DNA from: Vicinamibacterales bacterium
GTDB taxonomy: Bacteria; Acidobacteriota; Vicinamibacteria; Vicinamibacterales; UBA2999
NCBI GenBank assembly: GCA_044238535.1
Contig: JBIIDF010000001.1
Coordinates: forward strand, 1-46,361
DNA length: 46,361 nt
Direction: 5' to 3'
Both the position numbers and the translations under genes were made by a program. This document shows positions 1 through 7,550 of this stretch, one piece after another (position 1 is the first letter of the stretch; each line of letters begins with the position of its first letter). Under the pieces are notes generated by a model that saw only the letters and a list, made by a program, of their open reading frames with translations, did no database searches and was not told the origin of the DNA.

Positions 1-11
1 GTAGACTTTTC

Positions 12-734
12 ATGCCCATGAAACTGTCCGTCATCATGCCTGCCTACAACGAGCAGGCCACCATTCGCCTCATCGTCGATCGCGTGCTCGCTGTCGACCT
101 TGGTCCCGTCGAAAAGGAGCTGGTGATCGTCGATGACGGGTCCAAGGATGGTACACGCGACATCCTGAAGACCCTGGACGGGCAGCGGGGTGTGCGGGTG
201 TTCATGCAGCCCTTCAACCAGGGCAAGGGTGCGGCCGTGTGGCGCGGCATGCAGGAATCGACAGGCGACATCCTCATCATTCAGGACGCCGACCTCGAGT
301 ACGACCCGGCCGAATACCCGGCGCTCATTGCCCCGATTCTCAATGGACAGGCCGAGGTGGTGTACGGGTCACGCTTCCTGGGCTCGCCCCGCGGACACCG
401 CGTGCTCTACTTCTGGCACTCGGTCGGCAACAAGATGCTGACCATGCTGTCGAACATGTTCAGCGACCTCAACCTCACCGACATGGAAACCTGTTACAAG
501 GTCTTCGTCCGTGACGTCGCCCTGAAGCTCGATATCCAGATGAAGGATTTCGGCATCGAACCCGAAATCACGCAGAAGGTGGCGCGGATGCGCGCGCGCG
601 TCTACGAGGTGCCCATCTCGTATCACGGCCGCACCTACGAAGAAGGAAAGAAGATCGGCCTGAAAGACGCGTTCAAGGCCGTCTATACCATCCTGAAGTT
701 CTGGCGCTGGACGCCGCCGGCGTCCCGCCGCTGA
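12..734 (+). CDS. Glycosyltransferase family 2 (GT-A fold, dolichyl-phosphate-sugar synthase-like)
   Basis: 240-aa ORF. Motifs SVIMPAYNE, VIVDDGSKDGT and DxD-type IIQDADLEYDP are typical of GT2. A TAGACT hexamer lies 4 nt upstream of the ATG. The upstream region is cut by the window edge. Confidence 0.85.
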   Translation: MPMKLSVIMPAYNEQATIRLIVDRVLAVDLGPVEKELVIVDDGSKDGTRDILKTLDGQRGVRVFMQPFNQGKGAAVWRGMQESTGDILIIQDADLEYDPAEYPALIAPILNGQAEVVYGSRFLGSPRGHRVLYFWHSVGNKMLTMLSNMFSDLNLTDMETCYKVFVRDVALKLDIQMKDFGIEPEITQKVARMRARVYEVPISYHGRTYEEGKKIGLKDAFKAVYTILKFWRWTPPASRR

Positions 735-735
735 C

Positions 736-765
736 CGACACGCCCCCCACCCGAGGAGCGTGTCG
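736..765. terminator. GC-rich hairpin between convergent genes (candidate bidirectional terminator)
   Basis: CGACACGC (736-743) pairs with GCGTGTCG (758-765) around a 14-nt loop. It lies between the GT2 stop (734) and the macro-domain gene stop (788). No clear U-tract. Confidence 0.35.
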
Positions 766-787
766 TCCAACCCGTCTTCTGAGGGAA

Positions 788-1273
788 TCAGAGCGGCTCG
801 CTGGCCGCCACACCGGCGTGATACTCCGTGTAGACCATCACCGGAATCGGCAGGTCGCCCAGATGCTGCTCGACCAGCGGCTGCACATCCTTCCAGTCGA
901 GGCCCCCGACGCCCGTCGCCAGCCGTGGCAGCGCGATGCTCGTCAGTCCGTGCTTTTCAATGGAGTGCCGCAGGCGCCTGAGGCAGTGATTCACGTGCCC
1001 CAGCGTGGCGCGCCCGGGATGAGCACCGTGTTCAAAGCTGCCCTCCTGGGTCAGCAGGTTGATGATGCGGGCACCGAACCCGCCCCACTCCCAGAGTTCG
1101 CCCGGCTTCGGATGCGCCTGATGCGCATAGTGCCGGTAGTCGGTGAACATCACCGGCCATTTTTCGCGCAACGCCAGCGCCAGGCCGCGGTCGAACGGAT
1201 CGTTGGGAGAAATCCCGTGCGCGATCGCCTGCGCGCGGGTGAGAAGAATGTCGCCGGAGACTTCGTGAATCAT
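788..1273 (-). CDS. Macro domain protein (ADP-ribose binding/hydrolase), TARG1/DarG-like subtype
   Basis: ORF 788-1387 trimmed to the ATG at 1273 (MIHEVSGDILL...). GDIL..AQAIAHGISPND..RGLA and SIALPRLATGVGGLDW resemble the TARG1-type macrodomain signature rather than the MacroD NAAN/GGGV type. Confidence 0.7.
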   Translation of the reverse strand: MIHEVSGDILLTRAQAIAHGISPNDPFDRGLALALREKWPVMFTDYRHYAHQAHPKPGELWEWGGFGARIINLLTQEGSFEHGAHPGRATLGHVNHCLRRLRHSIEKHGLTSIALPRLATGVGGLDWKDVQPLVEQHLGDLPIPVMVYTEYHAGVAASEPL

Positions 1274-1295
1274 GACGTCCGCCCTTCGCGGGAAC

Positions 1296-1320
1296 GGCCA
1301 CGGGCTGACTGCCCGTGGCC
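1296..1320 (-). terminator. Perfect 10-bp GC-rich hairpin downstream of the OmpA-family gene
   Basis: GGCCACGGGC (1296-1305), loop TGACT, GCCCGTGGCC (1311-1320). It lies 21 nt after the OmpA stop (1341) and 22 nt before the macro-domain ATG (1273). No strong U-tract. Confidence 0.4.
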
Positions 1321-1340
1321 CTCCCGCAGGCACATCATAC

Positions 1341-2027
1341 TTAGGACAGCACTTTGATGACGACGCGACGGTTCTGCGCGCGGCCATCGCGGGTGCGGTT
1401 CTCAGCGGCCGGCTTACGTTCGCCGTAGCTGATGGTATTCATCTTGTGCAGCGGAATCTGGTGCTGTTCATACAGATACCGCTTCACCGCCTCGGCGCGC
1501 TGCAGTCCCAGGGCCTCGTTGTACTGCGCGTCGCCCACGTTATCAGTGTGGCCTTCAATCTCGATCCACACATTCTTGCGGTCGCCCTTCACGCGCGCCA
1601 CCAGTTGGTCAATCGCCTGCGTGGCTCCCTCGGGCAGAGCGGCGGTGCCGAACTGGAACTTGCCGCTGTCCTCGCTGATGACCGTCTCGAGAATCAGCTT
1701 GCGCGTCTCGGCTTCGAGCGCCGCCGCACGGGCATCGGCCTGAGTGCCGGTGGCCTGCGCCGCCTTCGCCTGGCCGGCCGCAGCGTCTGCCGCCTTCTGC
1801 GCATTGCCCGCGGCCGTGCCGGCGGCGGCCGCCTTGCCGTCGACATCGGAAATCTTCTGCTCGTTCTGCTTCACGCGCTCCTGGGTCTCTTCGAGCGACT
1901 TGCCCAGCGTGCCCACTTTCTCGTTCACGTCGCCCACCGACTCGCGCACAAACCCCTTGGTCGCGCACGCTGGCGCCACCACGAGCGCACCAAGCGCCAC
2001 TGTCACTGCCATCAGTTGCTTACGCAT
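1341..2027 (-). CDS. OmpA-family lipoprotein with Ala-rich coiled-coil linker
   Basis: ORF trimmed to ATG 2027, which is preceded by GGAGGG 4 nt upstream. Signal peptide with a lipobox-like VVAPAC. C-terminal OmpA_C motif IEGHTDNVGDAQYNEALGLQRAEAVKRYL...NRRVVIKV. Confidence 0.85.
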   Translation of the reverse strand: MRKQLMAVTVALGALVVAPACATKGFVRESVGDVNEKVGTLGKSLEETQERVKQNEQKISDVDGKAAAAGTAAGNAQKAADAAAGQAKAAQATGTQADARAAALEAETRKLILETVISEDSGKFQFGTAALPEGATQAIDQLVARVKGDRKNVWIEIEGHTDNVGDAQYNEALGLQRAEAVKRYLYEQHQIPLHKMNTISYGERKPAAENRTRDGRAQNRRVVIKVLS

Positions 2028-2073
2028 ATGTCCCTCCAGTGTCCCTGACCCATCGTGTGTGCCAGGCGCGCGG

Positions 2074-3006
2074 TCAGGGCCGCGGCACCTGCAGATATCC
2101 GCCACGCGCCCGCACCGTGTGCGTCGCCGTGGTGGTGTGCACCTCGATCGGATGCCACCCCGGTTCGTCGAGGGCGTCAAACCCCAGCACATACTGGTGC
2201 CGGAGTTCGTCGACCATCTCTCGTGCCACCTGCCGCGCGCCCAGGGGGTTGCTCGCATACCGCAAGGCACCCCCGGTCCATCGCGCCAGGTCCGACACGC
2301 TGCCCACCGTTGCCAGCGCCGCACGGCCGGCCTGGGGCGTGGCCCGATCCGACGCCGGGTCGTCAATCGGCAGCACCAGCGCAATCACATACACCGGCAC
2401 GTCAATCGACGCCGCCTGCGCCGAGACCTCTGCCGGCGTATACCGGCTCGACGTATCGACGCCGTCGGTCAGCACAATCACCGCCCGTCGCGGGGACGAC
2501 CGTTCGCCCACGCGGGCGGCCGCCGCAGCGATGGCGTCGTGCAGGGAGGTGGCACCAAACGGGTCCATCTGCCCCAGCACCCCATTCAGCGTCCGCACGT
2601 CGCGGGTGAACGGCGCAACGTCGTGCAGACGGCTATCGAAAGCCAGCAGCGCGGCTTCATCGCGCCCCGGTTCAAGGGCTCCGAGCAGCGCCGTCGCCGC
2701 CAGACGCGCCGCCTGCATTCGAGACGCCACGTCCATGCTGCCGCTCACGTCGAACAGGACCGCCACGCTCATCGGCGCAGCCTCAGCCAGCACCTGACGA
2801 ATCGGGCGAGCCACGCCCCGGTCGCGGACCGAAAAATTGCCAGCCGTCAGACCGCGCACCAGTCGCCCCCGCTCGTCCCGCACGGTCACCCCAACCCGCA
2901 CCAGCGCCGCTTCACTGCGAAACATCGCACCCGGCTGAGCCAGTGCCGACGCCCCGGTCAGCAGGTGCAAGGCGCCGATCAGAAGTGCCACGCGGGTGCG
3001 TGCCAT
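2074..3006 (-). CDS. Secreted von Willebrand factor A (VWA) domain protein, Acidobacterial VWFA-related type
   Basis: ORF trimmed to ATG 3006 (MARTRVALLIGALHLL... signal peptide). MIDAS-like DVSGSM and VLTDGVDTSS. The C-terminal YVLGF...HPIEV...VRARGGY pattern is recalled from Acidobacterial VWA paralog families (not searched). Confidence 0.75.
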   Translation of the reverse strand: MARTRVALLIGALHLLTGASALAQPGAMFRSEAALVRVGVTVRDERGRLVRGLTAGNFSVRDRGVARPIRQVLAEAAPMSVAVLFDVSGSMDVASRMQAARLAATALLGALEPGRDEAALLAFDSRLHDVAPFTRDVRTLNGVLGQMDPFGATSLHDAIAAAAARVGERSSPRRAVIVLTDGVDTSSRYTPAEVSAQAASIDVPVYVIALVLPIDDPASDRATPQAGRAALATVGSVSDLARWTGGALRYASNPLGARQVAREMVDELRHQYVLGFDALDEPGWHPIEVHTTTATHTVRARGGYLQVPRP

Positions 3007-3149
3007 ACCCACCCGGATCCAAACATTGTGCCAAGACAGCAACATGCGGTAGCTCAACAGTTTACCGTGAAGACATCGCCCGAACCGCGCATCGGGTCCC
3101 GCTGCAGCATGTAGGAATTACGCACTCGGAGGGGCTATTCGTTCCCTGC

Positions 3150-3155
3150 TACCAT
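3150..3155 (+). promoter_or_regulatory. Candidate -10 hexamer (TACCAT, with TGn extension) of a leaderless-type promoter
   Basis: cTGcTACCAT lies 5 nt upstream of GTG 3161. There is no Shine-Dalgarno sequence in between. Confidence 0.35.
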
Positions 3156-3160
3156 GGGCC

Positions 3161-4360
3161 GTGGCTTCCTCAACTCCTATCCGCACGGCGCAGCGCGTCG
3201 ACCGGTTCACCTACGCCATCCGTAACATCGTCGCCGAGGCAAAGAAAGTCGAAGCCACCGGCACCCGCGTGCGCTACCTCAACATCGGTGATCCGAATCA
3301 GTTCGGCTTCCTGACCCCGCCCCACCTGATCGAGGCCGTGGCCAAGGCCATGCGCGACGGACACAACGGGTATACCGCCTCCGCGGGAATTCCTGAAGCG
3401 CGCGAGGCCGTGGCGAATGACTTCGCCCGACGAGGGGTTCCCACCGAACCCGACCGGGTGCTCATCACGTCCGGCACGTCAGAAGGGATCGAGCTGGCGC
3501 TCACCGCCATCGTGGACGAAGGCGAGGAGGTGCTGGTGCCCTCGCCCACGTATCCGCTCTACACCGCGGTCCTTGCCAAGATCGGCGCCACCCCGGTGTA
3601 TTACCGCACCGACCACACCAACGGTTGGCTGCCCGACCTCGACGATATCCGACGGGCCATCACGCCACAGACGCGCGCCCTCGTCGTCATTGACCCCAAC
3701 AACCCCACCGGGGCCATCTATCCAGACGAGGTGCGCCGCGCGCTCATCGACATCGCAGACAGCCACGGGTTGGTGATTCTGGCTGACGAAGTGTATGGGG
3801 ATATGGCCTACAACGGCCCCGTGCCACCCATGGCCCTGCTCGATCAGGACGCCCCGATCATTTCCTACTCGAGTCTGTCCAAGGCCTATCTCGCACCGGG
3901 CTGGCGTGCGGGATGGATGGCCGTGGGCCGCTCACCCCGCCTCGATGGTGCCCTGGCGGCCATCAGGAAGTTGGCGGACGGCAGGCTCTGCAGCCCGGGC
4001 CCCATGCAGTACGCGGTCATCGCCGCCCTGAACGGCGACAGGTCGCATCAGGATGCCTTCCGCCAGGAACTGCGGATGCGCGCGGAACTCACCACCACCC
4101 GCCTCAATCAGATTCCCGGGATGTCGTGCGTCGCCCCGCGCGGTGCGTTCTACGCCATGCCGAAGATGACGCTGCCGCCGGGAAAGACGGACCGCGACTA
4201 TGTGCTGGCCCTGCTGCGGGCCACGGGGATTCTCGTCGTCTACGGGTCGGGGTTCGGCACGAGGCCCGAGGACGGGTTCTTCCGCGTCGTGTTCCTCGCC
4301 TCGATGCAGGAGCTCGGTGAGATCTACGACGCGATGGCGGCCTTCCGCTTCACCGAATGA
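3161..4360 (+). CDS. Class I/II PLP-dependent aminotransferase (AlaA/alanine aminotransferase-like)
   Basis: 399 aa. LNIGDPNQFGF, VIDPNNPTGAIY and the PLP-lysine motif SSLSKAYLAPGWRAGW. GTG start. Confidence 0.85.
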   Translation: MASSTPIRTAQRVDRFTYAIRNIVAEAKKVEATGTRVRYLNIGDPNQFGFLTPPHLIEAVAKAMRDGHNGYTASAGIPEAREAVANDFARRGVPTEPDRVLITSGTSEGIELALTAIVDEGEEVLVPSPTYPLYTAVLAKIGATPVYYRTDHTNGWLPDLDDIRRAITPQTRALVVIDPNNPTGAIYPDEVRRALIDIADSHGLVILADEVYGDMAYNGPVPPMALLDQDAPIISYSSLSKAYLAPGWRAGWMAVGRSPRLDGALAAIRKLADGRLCSPGPMQYAVIAALNGDRSHQDAFRQELRMRAELTTTRLNQIPGMSCVAPRGAFYAMPKMTLPPGKTDRDYVLALLRATGILVVYGSGFGTRPEDGFFRVVFLASMQELGEIYDAMAAFRFTE

Positions 4361-6321
4361 ACCGCGTCGCGCGTGACACGCGCCTGCCGGCCGTCGCGGC
4401 CGGCTACATCGCGATCGCCCTCGTCATGACCTGGCCCCTGGCCCTCGGGCTCGGCCGGGACGTGCCAGGCGACCTCGGTGATGCTCTGCTCAACATGTGG
4501 ATTCTGGCCTGGGGCTTCGATGCGCTGCCCGGGTTACTGACGGGGTCCCTGTCGTGGTCGGCGTTCTGGAACGCGCCCATGTTCCACCCTGAGCCTCTGT
4601 CCCTGGCGCTGTCCGAGCACCTGATCGCCCAGGTGCTGCAGGGCGCCCCCATCTACTGGCTCACCGGAAACATCGTTCTCACCTACAACCTGCTGTTTCT
4701 CTCGACGTCGGTGTTGTCGGCCCTCGGGACCTATCTGCTGGTACGCGACCTCACCGGCGACTGGCGGGCCGGCGTCATCAGCGGGCTGGCGTTCGGGTTC
4801 CTCCCGTACCGCGTGGCCCAGATCTCACACCTGCAGGTGCTCAGCACGCAGTGGATGCCTCTGGCGCTCTGGGGACTGCACCGGTTCATCCGTCACGGCT
4901 CGCGACGGGCCCTGGCAGGCGGAACGGCCTCGCTGGTGATGCTGCACTGGTCGTGCGGCTACTACATCATGTTCTTCGCGCCGTGCGTCGCCGCGTGCTG
5001 TCTGCATGAACTGTGGCGCGTCGGCCAGTGGCGGTCGAGGCAACGCTGGATGGGACTCGTCGCGGCAGGAGCCGCGTCACTCGCACTCACGCTGCCGGTA
5101 CTGCTGCCCTATCTGGCTGTCAGGTCGACCTATGGATTTCAGAGAGGACGCGAGGAGATTCTGAGTTTCTCGGCGAACCTGTGGGCACTCGCCACGAGCA
5201 GTCAGGCCCTCACCGCGTGGGGCGCGATCATGCAGGCGATGCCCGGGCCCGAGGGGGAAGGGTTTCTGGGGGTCACACTCATGCTGTTGGCCCTGGTGGG
5301 GTCCGCCAGTGCCGTCTGGAACAGCCGCGGCCCCGGCGAGTGCGCGGAACCGTGGTGGCGTACGGGGCTGGGAGGGATCGCACTGGTGTGGGTCGCAGCC
5401 AATGCTGCGCTGTTTGTCGGCACACTCGCGATGGGGCGTGTGGTCTTCATGGCGGGACCCTTCGTCGTGAGAGCCTCCAGCAGCGGTCGGCTCCTCCTGC
5501 AGGCGGCGCTGGGGCTTGGGCTCGCAACGGTGCTGTCGCCACGCGTGCGCCAACGGCTTCGGAACATCGCGGTCACGCCCGCCGTCGGTGGATGGCTGCT
5601 GTGTCTGTTCTGCGTGTGGATGGCCATGGGGCCACGTCCGATGTCGGGGGTGTTCCGACTGAATGACATCGGTCTCTATGGGGTGTTCTACGACCATGTG
5701 CCCGGATTTGATGGCCTCCGAGTCCCGGCCCGCTACCTCATGGTCGCCGGGTTGTTCCTGAGCATCGTGGCGGGGACCGGCGCGGCAGCGCTGATGCGCG
5801 GGCGACGGGGCGGACTCGTGATGGGCCTCGCAGTGGCAGGGATCCTGGTCGACGGTGCCGCACTGCCCCTCGACCTGAACCGGACCTGGCGCGAGCATGA
5901 GGCCCGTCCGCCGGCGGAAGTGTTCAGCCGCCGCAATACGCCTCCGGTCTATCAGTACCTGGCTCAGTTGCCGGCCTCGTCGGTCGTCGCCGAGTTTCCC
6001 TTCGGCGACAAGGCGTGGGAGCTCCGGTATCTCTACGCGGCCACACAGCATCGCCGCACCCTGTTGAACGGCTACAGCGGCTGGTTCCCGCCGGCGTATG
6101 TGCACCGCGTCGCCGCATTTTCACAGTTGCCCCGCGAACCCGAGGTGGCCTGGCAGGCGCTGGTGGAGGGTCAGCCCACCCACGTGGTGCTGCACCGGCG
6201 ATCGTTCGCCGAGCCAGAGCGGGCGGGCATCATTGCCGACTGGCTCGTGGCGCACGGCGCCACCTTCGACCGCGCGTTCGGCGATGGCGATGTCGTATAC
6301 GCCATGCCGGGGAAGCGATGA
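4357..6321 (+). CDS. Large polytopic membrane protein, possibly a GT-C-fold (ArnT/PMT-like) glycosyltransferase
   Basis: 654 aa with at least 10 hydrophobic segments, followed by a ~200-aa soluble C-terminal domain. The N-terminal DLGDALLNMWILAWG motif is recalled from uncharacterised membrane glycosyltransferase-like families. The start overlaps the aminotransferase stop (ATGA at 4357-4360). The function is inferred only. Confidence 0.6.
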   Translation: MNRVARDTRLPAVAAGYIAIALVMTWPLALGLGRDVPGDLGDALLNMWILAWGFDALPGLLTGSLSWSAFWNAPMFHPEPLSLALSEHLIAQVLQGAPIYWLTGNIVLTYNLLFLSTSVLSALGTYLLVRDLTGDWRAGVISGLAFGFLPYRVAQISHLQVLSTQWMPLALWGLHRFIRHGSRRALAGGTASLVMLHWSCGYYIMFFAPCVAACCLHELWRVGQWRSRQRWMGLVAAGAASLALTLPVLLPYLAVRSTYGFQRGREEILSFSANLWALATSSQALTAWGAIMQAMPGPEGEGFLGVTLMLLALVGSASAVWNSRGPGECAEPWWRTGLGGIALVWVAANAALFVGTLAMGRVVFMAGPFVVRASSSGRLLLQAALGLGLATVLSPRVRQRLRNIAVTPAVGGWLLCLFCVWMAMGPRPMSGVFRLNDIGLYGVFYDHVPGFDGLRVPARYLMVAGLFLSIVAGTGAAALMRGRRGGLVMGLAVAGILVDGAALPLDLNRTWREHEARPPAEVFSRRNTPPVYQYLAQLPASSVVAEFPFGDKAWELRYLYAATQHRRTLLNGYSGWFPPAYVHRVAAFSQLPREPEVAWQALVEGQPTHVVLHRRSFAEPERAGIIADWLVAHGATFDRAFGDGDVVYAMPGKR

Positions 6322-6347
6322 CCGTTGGCAAAGGCCTGCCGTATACT
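6319..6347 (+). promoter_or_regulatory. Candidate sigma-70 promoter for leaderless kbl
   Basis: TGACCG (6319-6324), 17-nt spacer, TATACT (6342-6347), then 6 nt to ATG 6354. Confidence 0.45.
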
Positions 6348-6353
6348 CGCGGC

Positions 6354-7538
6354 ATGCGGTCCGATCCCCTGTCGTTTCTCGGTGACGAGCTCTCCGCGCT
6401 GAAAGAGCAGGGGCTCTACCGGTCGCTGCGTATCCTCGAGGGCGAACCCCTGGCGCACGCGACGTTCGACCACCAGTCGGTGGTTAATCTGTCGTCGAAC
6501 AACTATCTGGGTCTGGCCACGCACCCGCGCCTCAGGGCGGCGGCGATTGCGGCCATCGAGCGCTACGGCGTGGGGTCAGGCGCGGTGCGTACCATCGCCG
6601 GCACGATGGAGCTGCACATGGAACTCGAGCGCCGACTCGCCGCGTTCAAGCATGTGGAAGCCGTGGTGGTGTTTCAGAGTGGATTCACCGCGAATGCCGG
6701 CACAGTGTCGTCCGTCCTGGGCAAGGACGACGTGATCATTTCCGATGCTCTCAACCACGCCAGCATCATCGACGGCGCACGGCTCAGCCGAGCGACCATC
6801 AAGGTCTTTCCCCACAAGGATGTCGATGCGGCGCGCCAGATTCTGAGGGAGATTCCCCCGGGACCGCGCAAGCTGGTGATCACCGACGGCGTGTTCAGTA
6901 TGGACGGTGACCTCGGTCCCGTCCCTGAACTCTGCGCGGTCGCCGAGGAATACGGCGCCATCATGATGGTCGACGATGCGCATGCCAGCGGTGTGTTCGG
7001 CAGACACGGATCAGGCACCGTCGATCATTTCCAGTGCCATGGCCGCGTGGACATTCAGGTGGGCACCCTGTCGAAGGCCATCGGGGTGCTCGGCGGCTAC
7101 GTCGCCGGTTCGCGCACGCTCATCGACTTTCTCTATCACCGCGCACGCCCTTTCCTGTTTTCGACCTCGCATCCGCCGGCCGTCGCCGCCGCCTGCATGG
7201 CCGCGCTCGATATTCTCGAGACCGAACCCGAATGGATCGAGCGCCTCTGGAGCAACACCCGCTTCCTGAAGGACGGCCTGCGCCACCTGGGCTTCAACAC
7301 CGGCCACAGCGAGAGCCCGATTACCCCGGTCATCGTGGGCGACGCGTCACGTGCCATGGCGATGTCGGACCGCCTGTTCGCCCGCGGCGTGTTCGCGCAG
7401 GGTATCGGCTTCCCGACGGTGGCGCGAGATCAGGCCAGGCTGCGCGTGATGCCCATGGCCACGCATTCGCGGGAGGACCTGCAGTTCGCCCTCGAGATGT
7501 TCGGCGTGGTGGGCCGCGAGCTGGGCGTCATCGGCTGA
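6354..7538 (+). CDS. kbl: Glycine C-acetyltransferase (2-amino-3-ketobutyrate CoA ligase)
   Basis: From the ATG at 6354 the protein aligns by eye with E. coli Kbl from the first residue (MRSDPLSFLGDELSALKEQGLY vs MRGEFYQQLTNDLETARAEGLF). ISDALNHASIIDG, DDAHASG, the PLP-lysine motif GTLSKA and C-terminal GRELGVIG are present. The in-frame ATG 6318 and the long ORF from 6015 were rejected as overlap artefacts. Confidence 0.85.
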   Translation: MRSDPLSFLGDELSALKEQGLYRSLRILEGEPLAHATFDHQSVVNLSSNNYLGLATHPRLRAAAIAAIERYGVGSGAVRTIAGTMELHMELERRLAAFKHVEAVVVFQSGFTANAGTVSSVLGKDDVIISDALNHASIIDGARLSRATIKVFPHKDVDAARQILREIPPGPRKLVITDGVFSMDGDLGPVPELCAVAEEYGAIMMVDDAHASGVFGRHGSGTVDHFQCHGRVDIQVGTLSKAIGVLGGYVAGSRTLIDFLYHRARPFLFSTSHPPAVAAACMAALDILETEPEWIERLWSNTRFLKDGLRHLGFNTGHSESPITPVIVGDASRAMAMSDRLFARGVFAQGIGFPTVARDQARLRVMPMATHSREDLQFALEMFGVVGRELGVIG

Positions 7539-7550
7539 CGTGGGCGAGAC

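Noticed and set aside
788-1273. The macrodomain gene as a DarTG toxin-antitoxin module.
   Set aside because: There is no DarT (DUF4433-like) or other toxin ORF adjacent. The protein is a bare 161-aa macrodomain without the DarG C-terminal toxin-binding domain.
4357-6321. The 654-aa membrane protein called specifically as an ArnT or PMT enzyme.
   Set aside because: Only general topology and a recalled N-terminal motif support a GT-C-like fold. No diagnostic DE/DD loop motif could be assigned confidently, so only a generic call is given.
6015-6353. N-terminal extension of the kbl ORF (start at 6015, or ATG 6318 overlapping the upstream stop).
   Set aside because: The extension overlaps the membrane-protein CDS and is Arg/Pro-rich. 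The ATG at 6354 aligns residue for residue with the E. coli Kbl N-terminus, and TATACT lies 6 nt upstream of it.
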